Assembly: GCA_964057225.1 (NCBI GenBank)
Contig: OZ059896.1
Coordinates: 11,470,001 to 11,534,000 of the forward strand
From: Auanema rhodensis
Lineage: Eukaryota > Animalia > Nematoda
Length of the DNA: 64,000 bases
Reading direction: 5' to 3'
Of this stretch, positions 32,294 through 45,298 are shown in pieces. Below the pieces are notes generated by a model. It had not been told where the DNA came from. It made no database searches and was given only the letters and a program-made list of their open reading frames with translations. Position numbers and translations under genes: made by a program. Each line of letters opens with the position of its first letter. Position 1 is the stretch's first letter.

Positions 32294-32464
32294 TTATATA
32301 ATGAGTGGAATAATGACTAGTGTTGTACAAAAGCCTAGTCCCAGAGATATTCCTTTAATGAATGGCACTGAAATACGTTTCAAAATCTTTTTGTACAGGG
32401 GTGTTGGCACAGATTGTTCCAACGTGTATCTTATACATAATTCACAGTGACAGGGAATATTCAT
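32294..32464 (-). CDS. B2 56-aa CxCxxC protein with hydrophobic tail
   Basis: MNIPCHCELCIRYTLEQ...GLGFCTTLVIIPLII, translated by hand. Confidence 0.65.
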   Translation of the reverse strand: MNIPCHCELCIRYTLEQSVPTPLYKKILKRISVPFIKGISLGLGFCTTLVIIPLII

Positions 32465-32510
32465 AACTGACCACCTAATGTAGCAGGTGACGTTTTAATG
32501 GCGAGGTTGA

Positions 32511-32966
32511 TCATATGCTAGATAATTTATAGTCGAATACTTTATGCATAAACGCTTTAATAAAGACATCATCGTTTTGTAATAGTTTAAAAAATGAACA
32601 AATGCTTTCAAATGTATTACCAGCTGACAACATTAGTATTACAAATATTGCATAACCACCACAAGTGTATTCAATTATGCGTTGTGGTTTGCAAGTATTA
32701 ACTTTTACATTTTTATATTTGGCCAGATAATGACGAATGTACTTGTTCATTTTATAACCCAAGCTACAGAAAAAGTAGGCTTGATCATTACGTACAAAGA
32801 TGACTTGCCAATGTGTGCCCGGTTTATCGTGTGTGTCAGTATTTACAACAAGTGCAAAGTTCTTTCGACGTGTTTTGGGTAGAGTATCCGCGCTAAATAC
32901 ACCGAGGAATAGTTTTCGAGTGATGCGGACAGATCGCAATAGTGACGCTATTTCAGACGAATACAT
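32511..32966 (-). CDS. B2 adenain-like protease
   Basis: GTHW, TCGGY. Confidence 0.9.
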   Translation of the reverse strand: MYSSEIASLLRSVRITRKLFLGVFSADTLPKTRRKNFALVVNTDTHDKPGTHWQVIFVRNDQAYFFCSLGYKMNKYIRHYLAKYKNVKVNTCKPQRIIEYTCGGYAIFVILMLSAGNTFESICSFFKLLQNDDVFIKAFMHKVFDYKLSSI

Positions 32967-33016
32967 TTAGTAAAATGATCTAGTGTAACTTTTGTATTGC
33001 GCACGTGCGGTTCAAT

Positions 33017-33469
33017 ATGCCACACCTTCTTCTAGACTTGAACTCAATTCAATGGACAACACTTTTGAATCAACAAATGGGTGGGGCGCCATTTAGTGGA
33101 ATGATGTTTCAACGTGGTATGCAGAGAGGTCATGGCCTGGGTGGTATACTGGCAACATTGGCATCGTTTTTACCACGCATTATTCAATCACCTATAGCCC
33201 AAAATCTCATCAATGCTGGAAGGAATGCATTATCCAGTGCTGTAAGCAATAGTCCAGTTGTAAATTCACCTCTTGGCGGCCAGTTGCTAAAAACTAGCAA
33301 TGAAATTGTTGATGGGGTGCTCAAGGGCGATAATATCAAGCAAACTCTTAAAACAGCCGGCCGGCAGGCTATACGAGATCTTACCGGTTTGGGCAAGCGG
33401 CGACGACGCAAAACCACAAAACCTCATAAGCGTCTGTGCATAACTCGTGAGCGGTCGTATCGTATTTAA
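33017..33469 (+). CDS. B2 putative core protein
   Basis: Homolog of 8049-8501. Confidence 0.65.
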   Translation: MPHLLLDLNSIQWTTLLNQQMGGAPFSGMMFQRGMQRGHGLGGILATLASFLPRIIQSPIAQNLINAGRNALSSAVSNSPVVNSPLGGQLLKTSNEIVDGVLKGDNIKQTLKTAGRQAIRDLTGLGKRRRRKTTKPHKRLCITRERSYRI

Positions 33470-34804
33470 ATGGCTAAATTGATAGATTCAAAATCAGCAC
33501 AAGCACTTTTACCTAATATTAATTATAGTGACATACCGGCGTCGGCATTAGGTGTTGAATCCACTCGTACTGTACAAGTTCCTTTAAAAAATACTTTTCT
33601 TCCTCAAGGACCATGGGAATTTGTTATAGCCCAAAATTCCAAATCATTTCTTAATCTGAGAAGGTGTTGGTTGAATGTAAAATTCAAAATTGTAACCACA
33701 AACGGTGATCCGGTACCAGACAACCTTGTTTTTGCACCATGCCAACAATTTGCAGCCAGTTTGATACACTCGTATCATTTAAAAATTGGTGATGTTAGCG
33801 TGTATGACTCTACCGTAAATCATGCCTACAAAACATATATTGAGAATATTCTAATGTATAGCAACGATGTTAAAGAGAGCAAACTTGCCATATCAGGCTA
33901 TTATGCGGATAGATATATAGATAATGCAGCCAGTCCTGGCTTTAGAGCGCGACAAGGGCTTGTTAAAAATGGCATATTGTGTGAGATGGCTGCTCCCATC
34001 AGTATCGACTTATTCAATCAGGAACGACTGTTTGTAAACTATTCAAAAATGGAGCTAACTGCATATCCAAACCGTGATAATTTCTTAATTGACACACTTG
34101 GATGGAATAATGAAAGCAAGGATGCTGCAACGAAGGAGGAGTTTCCAAACCTGAAAATAGATATCAACGATGTGCACTTGCTTATTCAAGAGTTTGATCT
34201 AAACGCTGGATTAGCTATGGCTATAGAAGATAAACTTGTAAAGGAACGAATACACTACCCCATGACGTCAGTGAAAATGCGCTCTTATTTCATAGAAGGA
34301 GGCCGTTTGGATTCACCCAATAACATATTATTCACGTCGCATACACCGAAACGTGTTGTAGTAGGTCTTGTCGGCGCACACGCCTATAATGGTACTTTTA
34401 AACATTCGCCATTCAACTTTAAACCGTTTGAATTGAAAAATATATACTTGACGCTCAACAATCGGGTAATACCTACCCGCCCTTATAATTTAGAATGGCG
34501 TTCTTCCTATGCCACAGCATATATTGACATGTTGGAGGGTTTGGGTCTTGGTCGTACAGATTCATCCAATGGTATTACACCAGCAATGTATAAAACCGGC
34601 TTCACATTTTTTGTATTTGATATTTCACCGACTGTACACTCGTCCGAGTTATTTGATGTTATACGACAAGGTAATGTGGCCCTGAAATTGGAATTTGGTC
34701 AACAAACGCCGCAAGAGGGTTTATATGCTATTGTTTATGCAGAATATGACTCTATTCTTTCAATTGACAACAATCGTGCTCCATATATTGATACCAGTTT
34801 GTAA
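33470..34804 (+). CDS. B2 major capsid protein
   Basis: 444 aa, intact. Confidence 0.9.
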   Translation: MAKLIDSKSAQALLPNINYSDIPASALGVESTRTVQVPLKNTFLPQGPWEFVIAQNSKSFLNLRRCWLNVKFKIVTTNGDPVPDNLVFAPCQQFAASLIHSYHLKIGDVSVYDSTVNHAYKTYIENILMYSNDVKESKLAISGYYADRYIDNAASPGFRARQGLVKNGILCEMAAPISIDLFNQERLFVNYSKMELTAYPNRDNFLIDTLGWNNESKDAATKEEFPNLKIDINDVHLLIQEFDLNAGLAMAIEDKLVKERIHYPMTSVKMRSYFIEGGRLDSPNNILFTSHTPKRVVVGLVGAHAYNGTFKHSPFNFKPFELKNIYLTLNNRVIPTRPYNLEWRSSYATAYIDMLEGLGLGRTDSSNGITPAMYKTGFTFFVFDISPTVHSSELFDVIRQGNVALKLEFGQQTPQEGLYAIVYAEYDSILSIDNNRAPYIDTSL

Positions 34805-34942
34805 TGTATGTAATAAACTCTTTAAAACATTTGATGAGAAGAATAAAATTTATTAATACAACTATACATAAAAATCTATAAATACAACCATATACAAATA
34901 TACACGCGATAATAAAATTTATAAATTCAAATATATTAAAAA

Positions 34943-37900
34943 TTATTCACAATAACCATAGGGTAAAGTACTAAAATCGTCTAGATAACAAAGTTTATCC
35001 ATTACGACCTTGGTACTCTTTGTCATGTCCATCGTGGATATGGCACCAAGCTGCCTCTTTAATAACGTTGTTTTGGTTTTTAAAACCAATTTTTCTCCAT
35101 CCATCACGAGTCCTCGAACCAATCGCTCCATACTTTGATAGTTTACCACGGTGGCTGCCGTGTGGTCCAGCGTCTGTAATTTTAAAAAGTTTCTCAATAA
35201 TATATTTTTATACTTACCACTCCCTTTGCCTTGGTGATATACTTGACCTGACCAGCTGCATTTACTAGCTCATAACTATAAACTTTTGCAGCTGGTGAAA
35301 CAAATTTGGTCATTGACCAACCATCGGGTATTTCTGAGGTTAGTTTACCTAACCATTCACCCTTCATATCCTCAATTGGATCAGGCTGATCGAGGCATTT
35401 TAAATAAATTAGAGAATCGGTGTCTAAATGATGTACGTTTAAATTGTATACAAAGTATAAAATTACCTGTATACACCAAGTTCTTTCCAATTTTTTCCAT
35501 TGCCTTATACAATAGTAGCCTTGCATGAGCGGTTGTATAAGCCGCTATGGCTACATTTGTAAACGGCGCTGGTGCCAGGTGTGAGTCTTCTGGCACTGTT
35601 GTACAGTACGCCACATCGTCCACAATTTTGAAGCCCGTGAGTTCCCTTGCAGGATCAGTTATGATCCTACCAATTTCAGGATCCTCAACACCAATAATCT
35701 TGGTTTGGGCTTTATCCGGTCTTTGACCCATTTTACCCCATACACTATAAACAAATTTGTAAATTTTTATTTTTAAAAGTTTACATACCTATTCAGCTGT
35801 AGTTTGGCAATGCTACGCATGGCCGCATTCTTTTCAATTTTGTTGCTCTCCAGAGCAACACCAGTGTTCTCCTCGTGCTCTTGGAGATATTTTAGCTGTA
35901 AAATTCTATTTAATGCCATACTTTTCATGACACATACCTTTTCAGCCTCTGTCATATTTGGCTTAGGCCAGCCCGATGCCTCTTGCTTAATTTTTATGTA
36001 CTTTTGTACAAAATCCTTGAATAGGCCGCCTTGCTGCCATTCATCCCAGTGCCAAACCTCATAAACATGAAGCACTTTGTAGCCACGCTGTATGGCACAT
36101 TCGAGCTCTACATGCGTTACAGTCAGATGCAGCTTTCGAGCGTCTTCATCATCTTGGTGCGGGCATGTTACATTTTTGCCTCTGTTTGCACATGTGCGGC
36201 AGTTTGTAAAAATTAATTTACCGCCTATGCGTGTTCCTAATACAGGATACAACAAATTTGTGGGTGCAAGCACGTCACATTTCACAAGGCCCTTGTATGG
36301 GCAGCATGCCTCAAAACTCTCAAAGCCCTCAGTAATCACTTTAGGATTACCCACAGGGTAATAGGCATCAAATGCCGTTACATATGGATAAAGTGAACAA
36401 AAGTCCACATACTCTAGTGAGTATCTATCCGAAGCTTGGGCCAGAAGCTTATATGTTTGAGTTCGGCCGCCGGTGAAGGCATCTCGAGGTGCCAATCGAG
36501 TTACAACCTCAGTGTCCTTCATAAAATTTGCCATTTGCTCATTTGATGACATTTGAGCAGTAATTTCGTGTTCCCACACAGTGGTTACACTAATGCCCTG
36601 GCTTTGAATAGCCTCAAGCCTTTTCATGGTTTTTTCATAAACCTAAATGTTTCAGCTTAAAATGATTTAAAAAAGTATTGGTTACCTCTTCCATTGTTTC
36701 ACCATTTCTGCCTGGTGCAATAGCAGTCTTGTTGGTGCACTGGGGGCAACCATGATAAATACAGCCATTAAACTACAAAATTTTTCATTTTTTTTTTACA
36801 TTTATTACAAATTACTCACCTCATAGCCGTGATTAGCCACACTGTCATAAGCATCAAGTAGATAGCGTTGGCCATCTACTCTCACAACAAATTCACCACC
36901 ATTAAGCTTATGCATTAATGGTCGGCCTAATCCGTGTTCTAGCCATTTTATGTATTTTATGGCAATTATACTCTGCTTCTGGCCGGCATAATAACCAGTC
37001 TCAGGCAGAATACCCACTTGGTTCTCTTTAATGTGGTTCATTTTCAACTGTAATATACTAGTTTTGAAAATGCTTGTATTTTAAAAAACTTGCCTGGAAT
37101 AAAGAGAAACTGGCAAATGTCATACATTGTATGACAGGATTCCAGCCAGTGGTGGCGGTGGCCAACTTCATGTACACTTTCATACAGTTGGTTAAAATAC
37201 GGACATCTGTCCTACAATATTCCAGAAGCTCCTCATCAAAATCAAACACACTTTGATTACGCTCCTCATACCAAATATTGAATGAAGCTAGGTCTTCTGC
37301 TTTCATTCTAGCAGTACAATAGTAATGCTTTGGTGGCAAGGATGGTAGCACTTTGCCATAATTTATTGGGTGGTTAAAGAGGTATGGGAATTGTCCTTTA
37401 CTCATATCAGGTACACCAAATGCCTTGGGTAACGCTGATAAGGGTAAAGGCACTAGTAAATAACTATCTTTAAAACATAAATGGTTAATGTTTTGACCTC
37501 TTAAAGGCTTGACAACCATGCTAATAATCTTGGTCCCATTTAAAATGGGGTCAGGATATATTCCACGGTTTATCAGCCTAGACACCAAGAAATGTATGTC
37601 AAAGCGCGACCCGTTGTGCGCAATCAAAATTGCATTATCATTCTCAGAAAAGTTGAGTAACCAATCAAGGAAACGATCTGTTACAGACCATTCACTATCA
37701 CCTTGTTGGTACCCAAAATGGCCCTCCTTGGTTGTGCATTTCTCACAGGAATTGGCATCTATACAACTTTCACAAAATTTGTTATACACAACCATATTGG
37801 GCCATTGTTCATCTGCATATTCATGAACATTTGTGCCGTTTTTTAACACAACTGTTTCAAAGTCATAAAATATAATCTTAAACAAGTACGCATTACACTT

Positions 37901-40556
37901 GTAAAGATGTTAAATACAAACCTTGAACTTTTCTTGCTTCTTTTTTAGCTGAGCCTTCTTCTTGTCGTTAGGTGGAACCCAACAACAAGAGTGCTCTTCA
38001 GGCTTTGTCTGACCGCACTTTTTGCAGAATTTTTCATTGCAATTGTGCGGTCTATCAGCACGGACCATGTGATAGTGATCACACGCCACACATGTCTGAA
38101 TTTAAGCTTGTTATGTACAACTTTAAATTTTCACAAAATACCTTGAATTTTCGGCAGGCTTTTCGCAAATGCCTATCGAAGCATTGTTGAGTTTTAAACA
38201 AAACTCTACAACTATCACACCTCACGCTACTCTCAACCACATTCCCCATCGCATTACAATTATAGGTGTGGCATTTTTTACATTTGGCTTTACATCTATG
38301 CAACACTGTATTGTAAGATAACTTACAGTGTTGACATATAATACCATCAAAAATTTTCGAACGACTACCAGCTGTAATACAATCATAGTGATTATTTCGG
38401 TAACCTAGTGTTACCAATTTGCTAGCCGCTTCATTAAATATTTTCTGGATAGTGTACATACGCTGTCCAGGCGGTCTAGCATATACTACAAACTTATAGT
38501 TTGTATTACAGCTGGCAATAATGTTTAAATGAATTAAATTATAATTTGGTAAATCTACAGAAATACCACACCTATTTAATAAATTGATATGGTGTGGCTG
38601 ATTTGGCAATAAGATGTAATTGCGACGAAGGTTTTGCAGCCTTCGCTTCTCATCGCCATCTTCAGTAGCCAACTCGTCAGCTTTCCACATTCCCACAACT
38701 GCTGATCTAGCCAGACAATGTGAGTCAGTGTTGGCAATGGTTCCAGGTATTTTGAGTTCGGGGTCAAAATAAAACCCGACTCTACCTTCACCAGGCATCA
38801 GGCTTGGCTGCGCTGGCCTTTCATCAAACACATACATCTCAATATTCATTGCCTGGCTGATCACAGCCTCTCGTTTTGATTGCTGCACCTTGCTGATGGC
38901 ATTCATAATGGCTACGCCATCCAGATGCTCCCTTCTACGAAAGTCCATAAATATGGAGCCCTTTTCAAAGGAAGGGTGCTCAATTGATAAACAAAATAAG
39001 GCTTTTTGCTTATCAGGCACACCGCTTTCAGCAAGACAACGATCAAGGAATTCGTTGAATAACCGCGGCATGATAACATGCATTGGTTCATCAACATTTT
39101 CCAAGTGTGGGAACGTGAGCGATCGAACGACCACGTTGGTAAAACGACCGGTGCGTTTTATGCGCCGGTGTGACCACTATAATAAACAACATTTATAACA
39201 GTTTACATGCTTTTTTATTTTTTTTTTAAAGTTTAAATAAAAATAGTTTTAAGAATATATATGAATTGTTTCATCTTTTGCTTAAAATTATTATGTCTCT
39301 TTGTTTGTTATAGTCGTTATTTTTTATTTAATTGAAATGGTTTCAAATATATGTTTAGTTTGTTTCAAAACGATTAGAAAAATACAAAATATTTAAATGT
39401 TTCAGTTTTTGAGCATCAATTTTTTTTTTTTTAATGTTTAAAAATTTAATAAATAAAAATTAAATAACAGTAGAATTATAAAATTGTTTAAAATATATAT
39501 AAATAAAAGAGATGAAGTGAAATGGTTTAGAAAATACAAAATATTTAAATGTTTCAGTTTTTGAGCATCACAATATTGAAATTTAAATGTTTTTTAGTGA
39601 TTAAAAATTTAATAAACGAAATTATGAAAAAGTGATAGAAATTTAAATTTGTTCAAGATATGTGATTAAATAAAAGAGATGAAGTGAAATGGCTTAGAAA
39701 ATATAAATCAATTTCATGTTTCAGTTTTTGAGCATCACAATATTTAAATTTAAGTGTAATTTAATGATTAAAAAGTTTAATAAATAAAAATTATAAAGTA
39801 GTGGTAAAAATTTAAAATTGTTTAAAATATGAAATTAAATAAAAGAGATGGAGTGAAATGATTTAAAAAATACAAAATATTTAAATGTGTCAGTTTTTGA
39901 GCATCAAAATATTTAAATTTAAGTGTATTTTAATGAATAAAAATTTAATGAATGATATTATGGCATGGATTTGGGATAAGATTTTATTTTATTTTTCAAA
40001 AAGCCACCAAATGTATGATGATTTGTTTAAAAATAGATGGCAGAATTCAAAATTGCTCAAGATATGTAATCAAATAAAAGATATAGAGTGAAAAGAATTG
40101 TAACATGAAAAAAAAAAAAAAGGTTAAAAGCTCGTACCTTTATTTGACAAACATCGTTGAAGGATGAACCGCCTCCTAATTGTTCTCCACTAGTTGATGG
40201 CATCTCGGGATTCCATTCTCTGAAAATAAAAATTTCATGCTTTTTCATTATATGATAGCTTACTCATCATCGCTGTCATCCAAGGTGATAACTTCAATAA
40301 CCCTCGATGACGAGGGACCACTATTGGAAGTGGTTATTGCGGGGTCACACAGCTCAACACCACCACTCTCGGTAAGTTTTATGCGCTTACTAAAAAAAAA
40401 AAACAAAGATGTATATTTTAAAAATATTGTTAAATTACCTGAGTTGATAAATTTCCTCATAATCGAACCCCAACTCTTCACATACACGCTTATAACTGAA
40501 AATAAATATTTTAATTAAAAAAAAAATAGGAAAAAACACAACCTGTTAGCAGCCAT
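34943..40556 (-). CDS. B2 pPolB, multi-exon, intron positions equivalent to A1
   Basis: ATGGCTGCTAACAG|GT start at 40556; exons homologous to A1; longer intron 4. Confidence 0.85.
39375..40090. repeat. Degenerate tandem repeat (period about 168 bp) inside B2 pPolB intron 4
   Basis: AAATAAAAGAGATG(A/G)AGTGAAATG...CAGTTTTTGAGCATCA recurs at about 39501, 39668 and 39837, with partial copies at 39375 and 40072. Confidence 0.7.
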
Positions 40557-42156
40557 TGTATCTTGTTAGAATAAAATTATGCAAACTCTGAGAGGTAGTT
40601 ATCCATATTTCATTTTACACATTTATATTACACTTCATTGCAAGAACAGTCAGTTGTTTTATTGTCACGTAACAATGTTGCCAACACTCAACATTGTATC
40701 ATATTACAGCTGTCAACAGTGGCAGTTGCCAATCCGCTGTTAATAAATACGCATGTATTGTTGTGGTCAGCGCAACTGTTTCAACAATCTTATCGAATTA
40801 ATCTTCGATATGTGTTCTTTGAGTTAGGGTATTAGAATATTAGTAATATACACACTAAAACTTTTTCTATATACTCTTCTTTCCATGTAATTTGAGAATA
40901 TTAGAAATCTTGATGCATATGCTATACAGCTATTTGTTATACTTTAATGAACAAGTGCTTTGCCATTTGGTTCATTGTAGGTCAACGTATCTGTTTCACC
41001 AATCTTATCGAATTGATATTCGATATGTGTTCCATTAACATTTTTGATACTAAAAAACTATATACCCATGACCCCTTGGCATAGTAAGTATTCTTTAGCG
41101 TTATGGGTACTTGTGCTGTACAGCTATTTATCATATTTTTATGAACAAAACTTTTGCCATGTGGTACATGTGTGGGGCAGCGCACCTGTTTTAACGATCT
41201 TATCGAATTAATCTTCGATATGTGTTCCATTGGAAACAACACAATTGTTTGTGAATCCTATCGAATTAACCTTCGATATGTGTTTTATTGAGTTAGTATA
41301 TTAGAATATACTAATATAAAATTTAAAAAAAAAAAGGTTCTTTAAACTATTCTTTCATGTAATTTGAAAATATTAGACAACTTGGTACATGTGGTGTACA
41401 GCTATTTATCATATTTTTATGAACAAAACGTTTGCCATGTGGTTCTTGTGTGGGTCAGTGCACCTGTTTTAACGATCTTATCGAATTAACCTTCGATATG
41501 TGTTCCATTAACTTTTGTATTTCATATCTTTCTTATCGAATTAACTTTCGATATGTGTTCCATTAACTTTTGTATTTCATATCGTTCTTATCGAATTAAC
41601 CTTCGATATGTGTTCCATTAATTAACCCATAAGAGGTACGGTGAACATATTTATTAGCTTTGAAAAATATTCAAATTTTATAAATTAAAACAAACACAAT
41701 ATATATTAAAAAGTTTATTCAAATGTATATATATTAAAAATACATTTAAAAGGAGATAATTTTAATAATATTTTAAAAATATATAAAATACATTTAAAAA
41801 AGAAATAATTAAATAATAATATTTAAAACATATATTAATAATAAAAATTCATTTAAAAAGAAATAAGTTTAAAAATATTTACAAATACAATTAACAAATA
41901 TATAAATAATAAAAATTCATTTAAAATAATACATTAAAAAATAATTTAAAAAAAAAAAAATCATGCGTTTTGATCCATGCGCAGGCTCGAGAGCCTGCCT
42001 CGGGAGGAAAAGTATATTTTTGACAGCTGACGCCGAAAATATGATTTTGACAGCTGACGCCCCCAAAAGTATGTTTTTAGCAGCTGACGCCCTCAAAAGT
42101 ATGTTTTTAGCAACTGTTTGGGGGCGTGGTTAGTAAATTCGGCATGGCTCTCTACT

Positions 42157-42678
42157 AGCCATCTCACACAATATGCCATTTTTTACAAGCGCTTGACGCG
42201 TTCTAAATCCAGCACTGGATGCATTATCTATATATCTATCAGCATAATAGCCTGATATGGCAAGTTTGCTCTCTTTAACATCGTTGCTATACATTAAAAT
42301 ATTTTCGATATATGTTTTATAGGCATGATTCACGGTAGAGTCATACACGCTAACATCACCAATTTTCAAATGATACGAATGTATTAAACTGGCAGCAAAT
42401 TGTTGACATGGTGCAAAAACAAGGTTATCTGGTACTGGATCACCGTTTGTGGTTACAATTTTAAATTTTACATTCAACCAACATCTTCTCAGATTGAGGA
42501 ATGATTTGGAATTTTGAGCTATAACAAATTCCCATGGTCCTTGAGGAAGAAACGTATTTTTCAAAGGGACTTGTACAGTACGAGTAGACTCTACACCTAA
42601 TGCCGACGCTGGTATATCACCATAGTTGATATTAGGTAAAAGGGCTTGTGCTGATTTTGAATCTATCAATTTAGCCAT
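42157..42678 (-). pseudogene. 5' part of A2 major capsid gene, disrupted by B2
   Basis: Identical protein to A1 MCP up to ILCEMA. Confidence 0.93.
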
Positions 42679-43131
42679 TTAAATGTGAAACGACCGCTCA
42701 CGAGTGATGCACAACCGCTTATGAGGTTTTGTGGTTTTGCGTCGTCGCCGTTTGCCCAAGCCGGTAAGATCTCGTATAGCTTGTCGGCCGGCTGTTTTAA
42801 GAGTTTCCTTGATATTATCGCCTTTCAGCACCCCATCGACAATTTCATTACCAGTTTTCAGCAACTGTCCGCCAAGAGGTGAATTTACAACTGGACTATT
42901 GCTTACAGCACTGGATAAGGCGTTTCTTCCGGCATTGATGAGATTTTGGGCTATAGGTGATTGAATGATGCGTGGTAGAAATGATGCCAAAGTTGCCAAA
43001 ATACCACCCAAACCATGACCCCTCTGCATTCCACGTTGAAACATCATTCCGCTAAATGGGGCGCCACCCATTTGTTGATTTAAAAGTGTTGTCCATTGAA
43101 TAGAGTTGACATCCAAAAGGAGGTGTGGCAT
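42679..43131 (-). CDS. A2 putative core protein
   Basis: Near-identical to A1. Confidence 0.65.
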   Translation of the reverse strand: MPHLLLDVNSIQWTTLLNQQMGGAPFSGMMFQRGMQRGHGLGGILATLASFLPRIIQSPIAQNLINAGRNALSSAVSNSPVVNSPLGGQLLKTGNEIVDGVLKGDNIKETLKTAGRQAIRDLTGLGKRRRRKTTKPHKRLCITRERSFHI

Positions 43132-43182
43132 ATCGAACCGCACGCGCGCAATACAAAAGTTACACTAGATCATTCTACTAAA

Positions 43183-43638
43183 ATGTATTCGTCTGAAATA
43201 GTATCACTATTGCAATCTGTACCCAGCACTCGGAAACTATTCCTCGGTGTATATAGCGCTGATACTCTACCCAAAACGCGTCGTAAAAACTTTGCACTTG
43301 TCGTAAATACTGACACACATGATAAGCCAGGCACACATTGGCAGGTCATCTTTGTCCGTAACAAGCAAGCCTATTTTTTCTGTAGCTTGGGATATAAAAT
43401 GAACAAGTACATTCAAAATTATCTGGCCAAATATAAAAAGGTAAAAATTAATACTTGCAAACCACAACGCATAATTGAATACACTTGTGGTGGCTATGTG
43501 GTATTTGTAATACTAATGTTGTCGGCTGGTAATTCATTTGAAAGCATTTGTTCATTTTTTAAACTATTGAAAAATGATGATGTCTTTATTAAAGCGTTTA
43601 TGCATAAAGTATTCGACTATAAATTGGCTACTATATAA
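43183..43638 (+). CDS. A2 adenain-like protease
   Basis: Near-identical to A1. Confidence 0.9.
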   Translation: MYSSEIVSLLQSVPSTRKLFLGVYSADTLPKTRRKNFALVVNTDTHDKPGTHWQVIFVRNKQAYFFCSLGYKMNKYIQNYLAKYKKVKINTCKPQRIIEYTCGGYVVFVILMLSAGNSFESICSFFKLLKNDDVFIKAFMHKVFDYKLATI

Positions 43639-43679
43639 GAAATTTGTCATTAATAACCTGCTACATTACGTGGTCAGTT

Positions 43680-43850
43680 ATGAATATTCCTTGTCACTGT
43701 GAATTATGTGTCAAATACACGTTGGAGCAATCTAAACCAGCGCCTTTATACAGGAGAATGTTGAAATGTATTTCAGTGCCATTTATTAAAGGTATAGCAT
43801 TGGGATTGGGCTTTTGTACAACACTAGTCATATTATTGCTCATTATATAA
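43680..43850 (+). CDS. A2 56-aa CxCxxC protein
   Basis: Identical protein to A1. Confidence 0.65.
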   Translation: MNIPCHCELCVKYTLEQSKPAPLYRRMLKCISVPFIKGIALGLGFCTTLVILLLII

Positions 43851-43891
43851 AAGTGGTTTGATTGCGTGTGGTCGTTTTTCATTTTCCTCTA

Positions 43892-44356
43892 ATGGAACTT
43901 TTATGTAACAAATATTGTGGTACATGCAAGGAAATATTTTCTTCAACCAAGCATTTTAGTGATCACGTTTTGAAAAGACATGCAGGGATTCAACCCATAT
44001 GTAACAATTATATCAGCAATGCTGACTTTATTCAAAAATATGGACATTTGGATGGTGTTCGTAGACGTTTGTGCCCTCATTGTAGTGAAACTTTTGGAAC
44101 AAGATTCAATTGTGAGCGTCATATTCGGCGTATTCATAATAATAATGGAACGAATGGTGAAGATGGTGATGGAAATGATACCAGCAAACCCTTTGAAAAA
44201 GCTGAGGAGTTTGTACATTCAACCCAATCAAAAAGATGCCGCAGCAATAGTGACGGAGAACATTCACAACACGAGCCGAGCGACAAACAAAACTGCCCTA
44301 AACTATCTTTTAAACCTTCGAAAATAAAAATGTGGTATTGTATAACTGTTGAATAA
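43892..44356 (+). CDS. A2 C2H2 zinc-finger protein (overprinted ORF at 43980-44327)
   Basis: Identical proteins to A1. Confidence 0.75.
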   Translation: MELLCNKYCGTCKEIFSSTKHFSDHVLKRHAGIQPICNNYISNADFIQKYGHLDGVRRRLCPHCSETFGTRFNCERHIRRIHNNNGTNGEDGDGNDTSKPFEKAEEFVHSTQSKRCRSNSDGEHSQHEPSDKQNCPKLSFKPSKIKMWYCITVE

Positions 44357-44361
44357 AACGT

Positions 44362-45219
44362 TTATTTCATATTTTTAACATGTAATGTAACAACTGTAGA
44401 ACCATAATTAAATTGCATAGGACGACCAAATTCATCTAAAATTTCAATACGTATGGTATCGAGTGTTTGTCTAGTGATTGGTACATAACGAATAGGATTA
44501 AATGTTTTGGCAATCATTTTACCAAATTCAGTAGGAGGTGGTACAGGTAAACATGCAAGTAAATTAGCTTTCACATTACCAAGAATGGAATATTCTACAA
44601 TATCACAATATATATACATTGTATTAATGTTATTTGAAAAATCAATGGGACGCCTGGCTATTATTGTATCGTTGATGTTTTTATTTTCAAAACCAAGAAA
44701 ATATGCAAAATCATCACCAAGCGTTGCATTCATTAATAGTCGCTTGCTTGTTACAAACTCTATGCGCTGCAGTGTTTTGTTAAACTGAAATGTGGCGTCC
44801 GCGAGCATTTCCTCCACTAGCTTAGCCTCAGCCTGGCGATTATTATACCATTTTTTTACATCTTCATCTTTATCTATTAAACTTTTTATACGTGCTTCTT
44901 CCTCAGCTCCAAGAGGCTTTGTATTGTTGGCGATAAATGATTCTCTTCCAGCGTTGATTCCGCGTATTATTTCATCACCATTTGCATAGTTGCCTTTAGG
45001 CAAGTGTAGAATAAATTTTCTATTGGAAAAACGTAGTGTATAAGATAAATCTTTTTGAACATTTAATATAGAACAAGGAAAAATGATGTCTGTCAGCCCA
45101 ATGCAATATCTATTATTGCGTAGCCTTAGTGTTTCAGGTAATCTGGTAAGAAACACTGATGATGTATTACTTTTTTCAGAGTCAACTGATGATGGAAGAG
45201 TAATGTAAAAATCATCCAT
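44362..45219 (-). CDS. A2 minor capsid (penton)
   Basis: Identical protein to A1. Confidence 0.88.
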   Translation of the reverse strand: MDDFYITLPSSVDSEKSNTSSVFLTRLPETLRLRNNRYCIGLTDIIFPCSILNVQKDLSYTLRFSNRKFILHLPKGNYANGDEIIRGINAGRESFIANNTKPLGAEEEARIKSLIDKDEDVKKWYNNRQAEAKLVEEMLADATFQFNKTLQRIEFVTSKRLLMNATLGDDFAYFLGFENKNINDTIIARRPIDFSNNINTMYIYCDIVEYSILGNVKANLLACLPVPPPTEFGKMIAKTFNPIRYVPITRQTLDTIRIEILDEFGRPMQFNYGSTVVTLHVKNMK

Positions 45220-45298
45220 GACAAACCACCACTTGATACGTGTACACTATTGCAAATGAAATCATTTGCATTTTAGGTACATTTACGAGTGGTTGATT

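Larger units (their letters stand above)
25503..42156 (-). mobile_element. Maverick/Polinton B2, full length (16,654 bp), opposite orientation
   Basis: Termini AGTAGAGAGCCATGCC...GGCATGGCTCTCTACT; TSD AGCCAT (25497-25502, 42157-42162); complete gene set. Confidence 0.97.

Noticed and set aside
40638-41242. Short ORFs in the B subterminal regions (also 62944-63516)
   Set aside because: Derived from palindrome repeats and AT-rich promoter DNA; absent from subfamily A.
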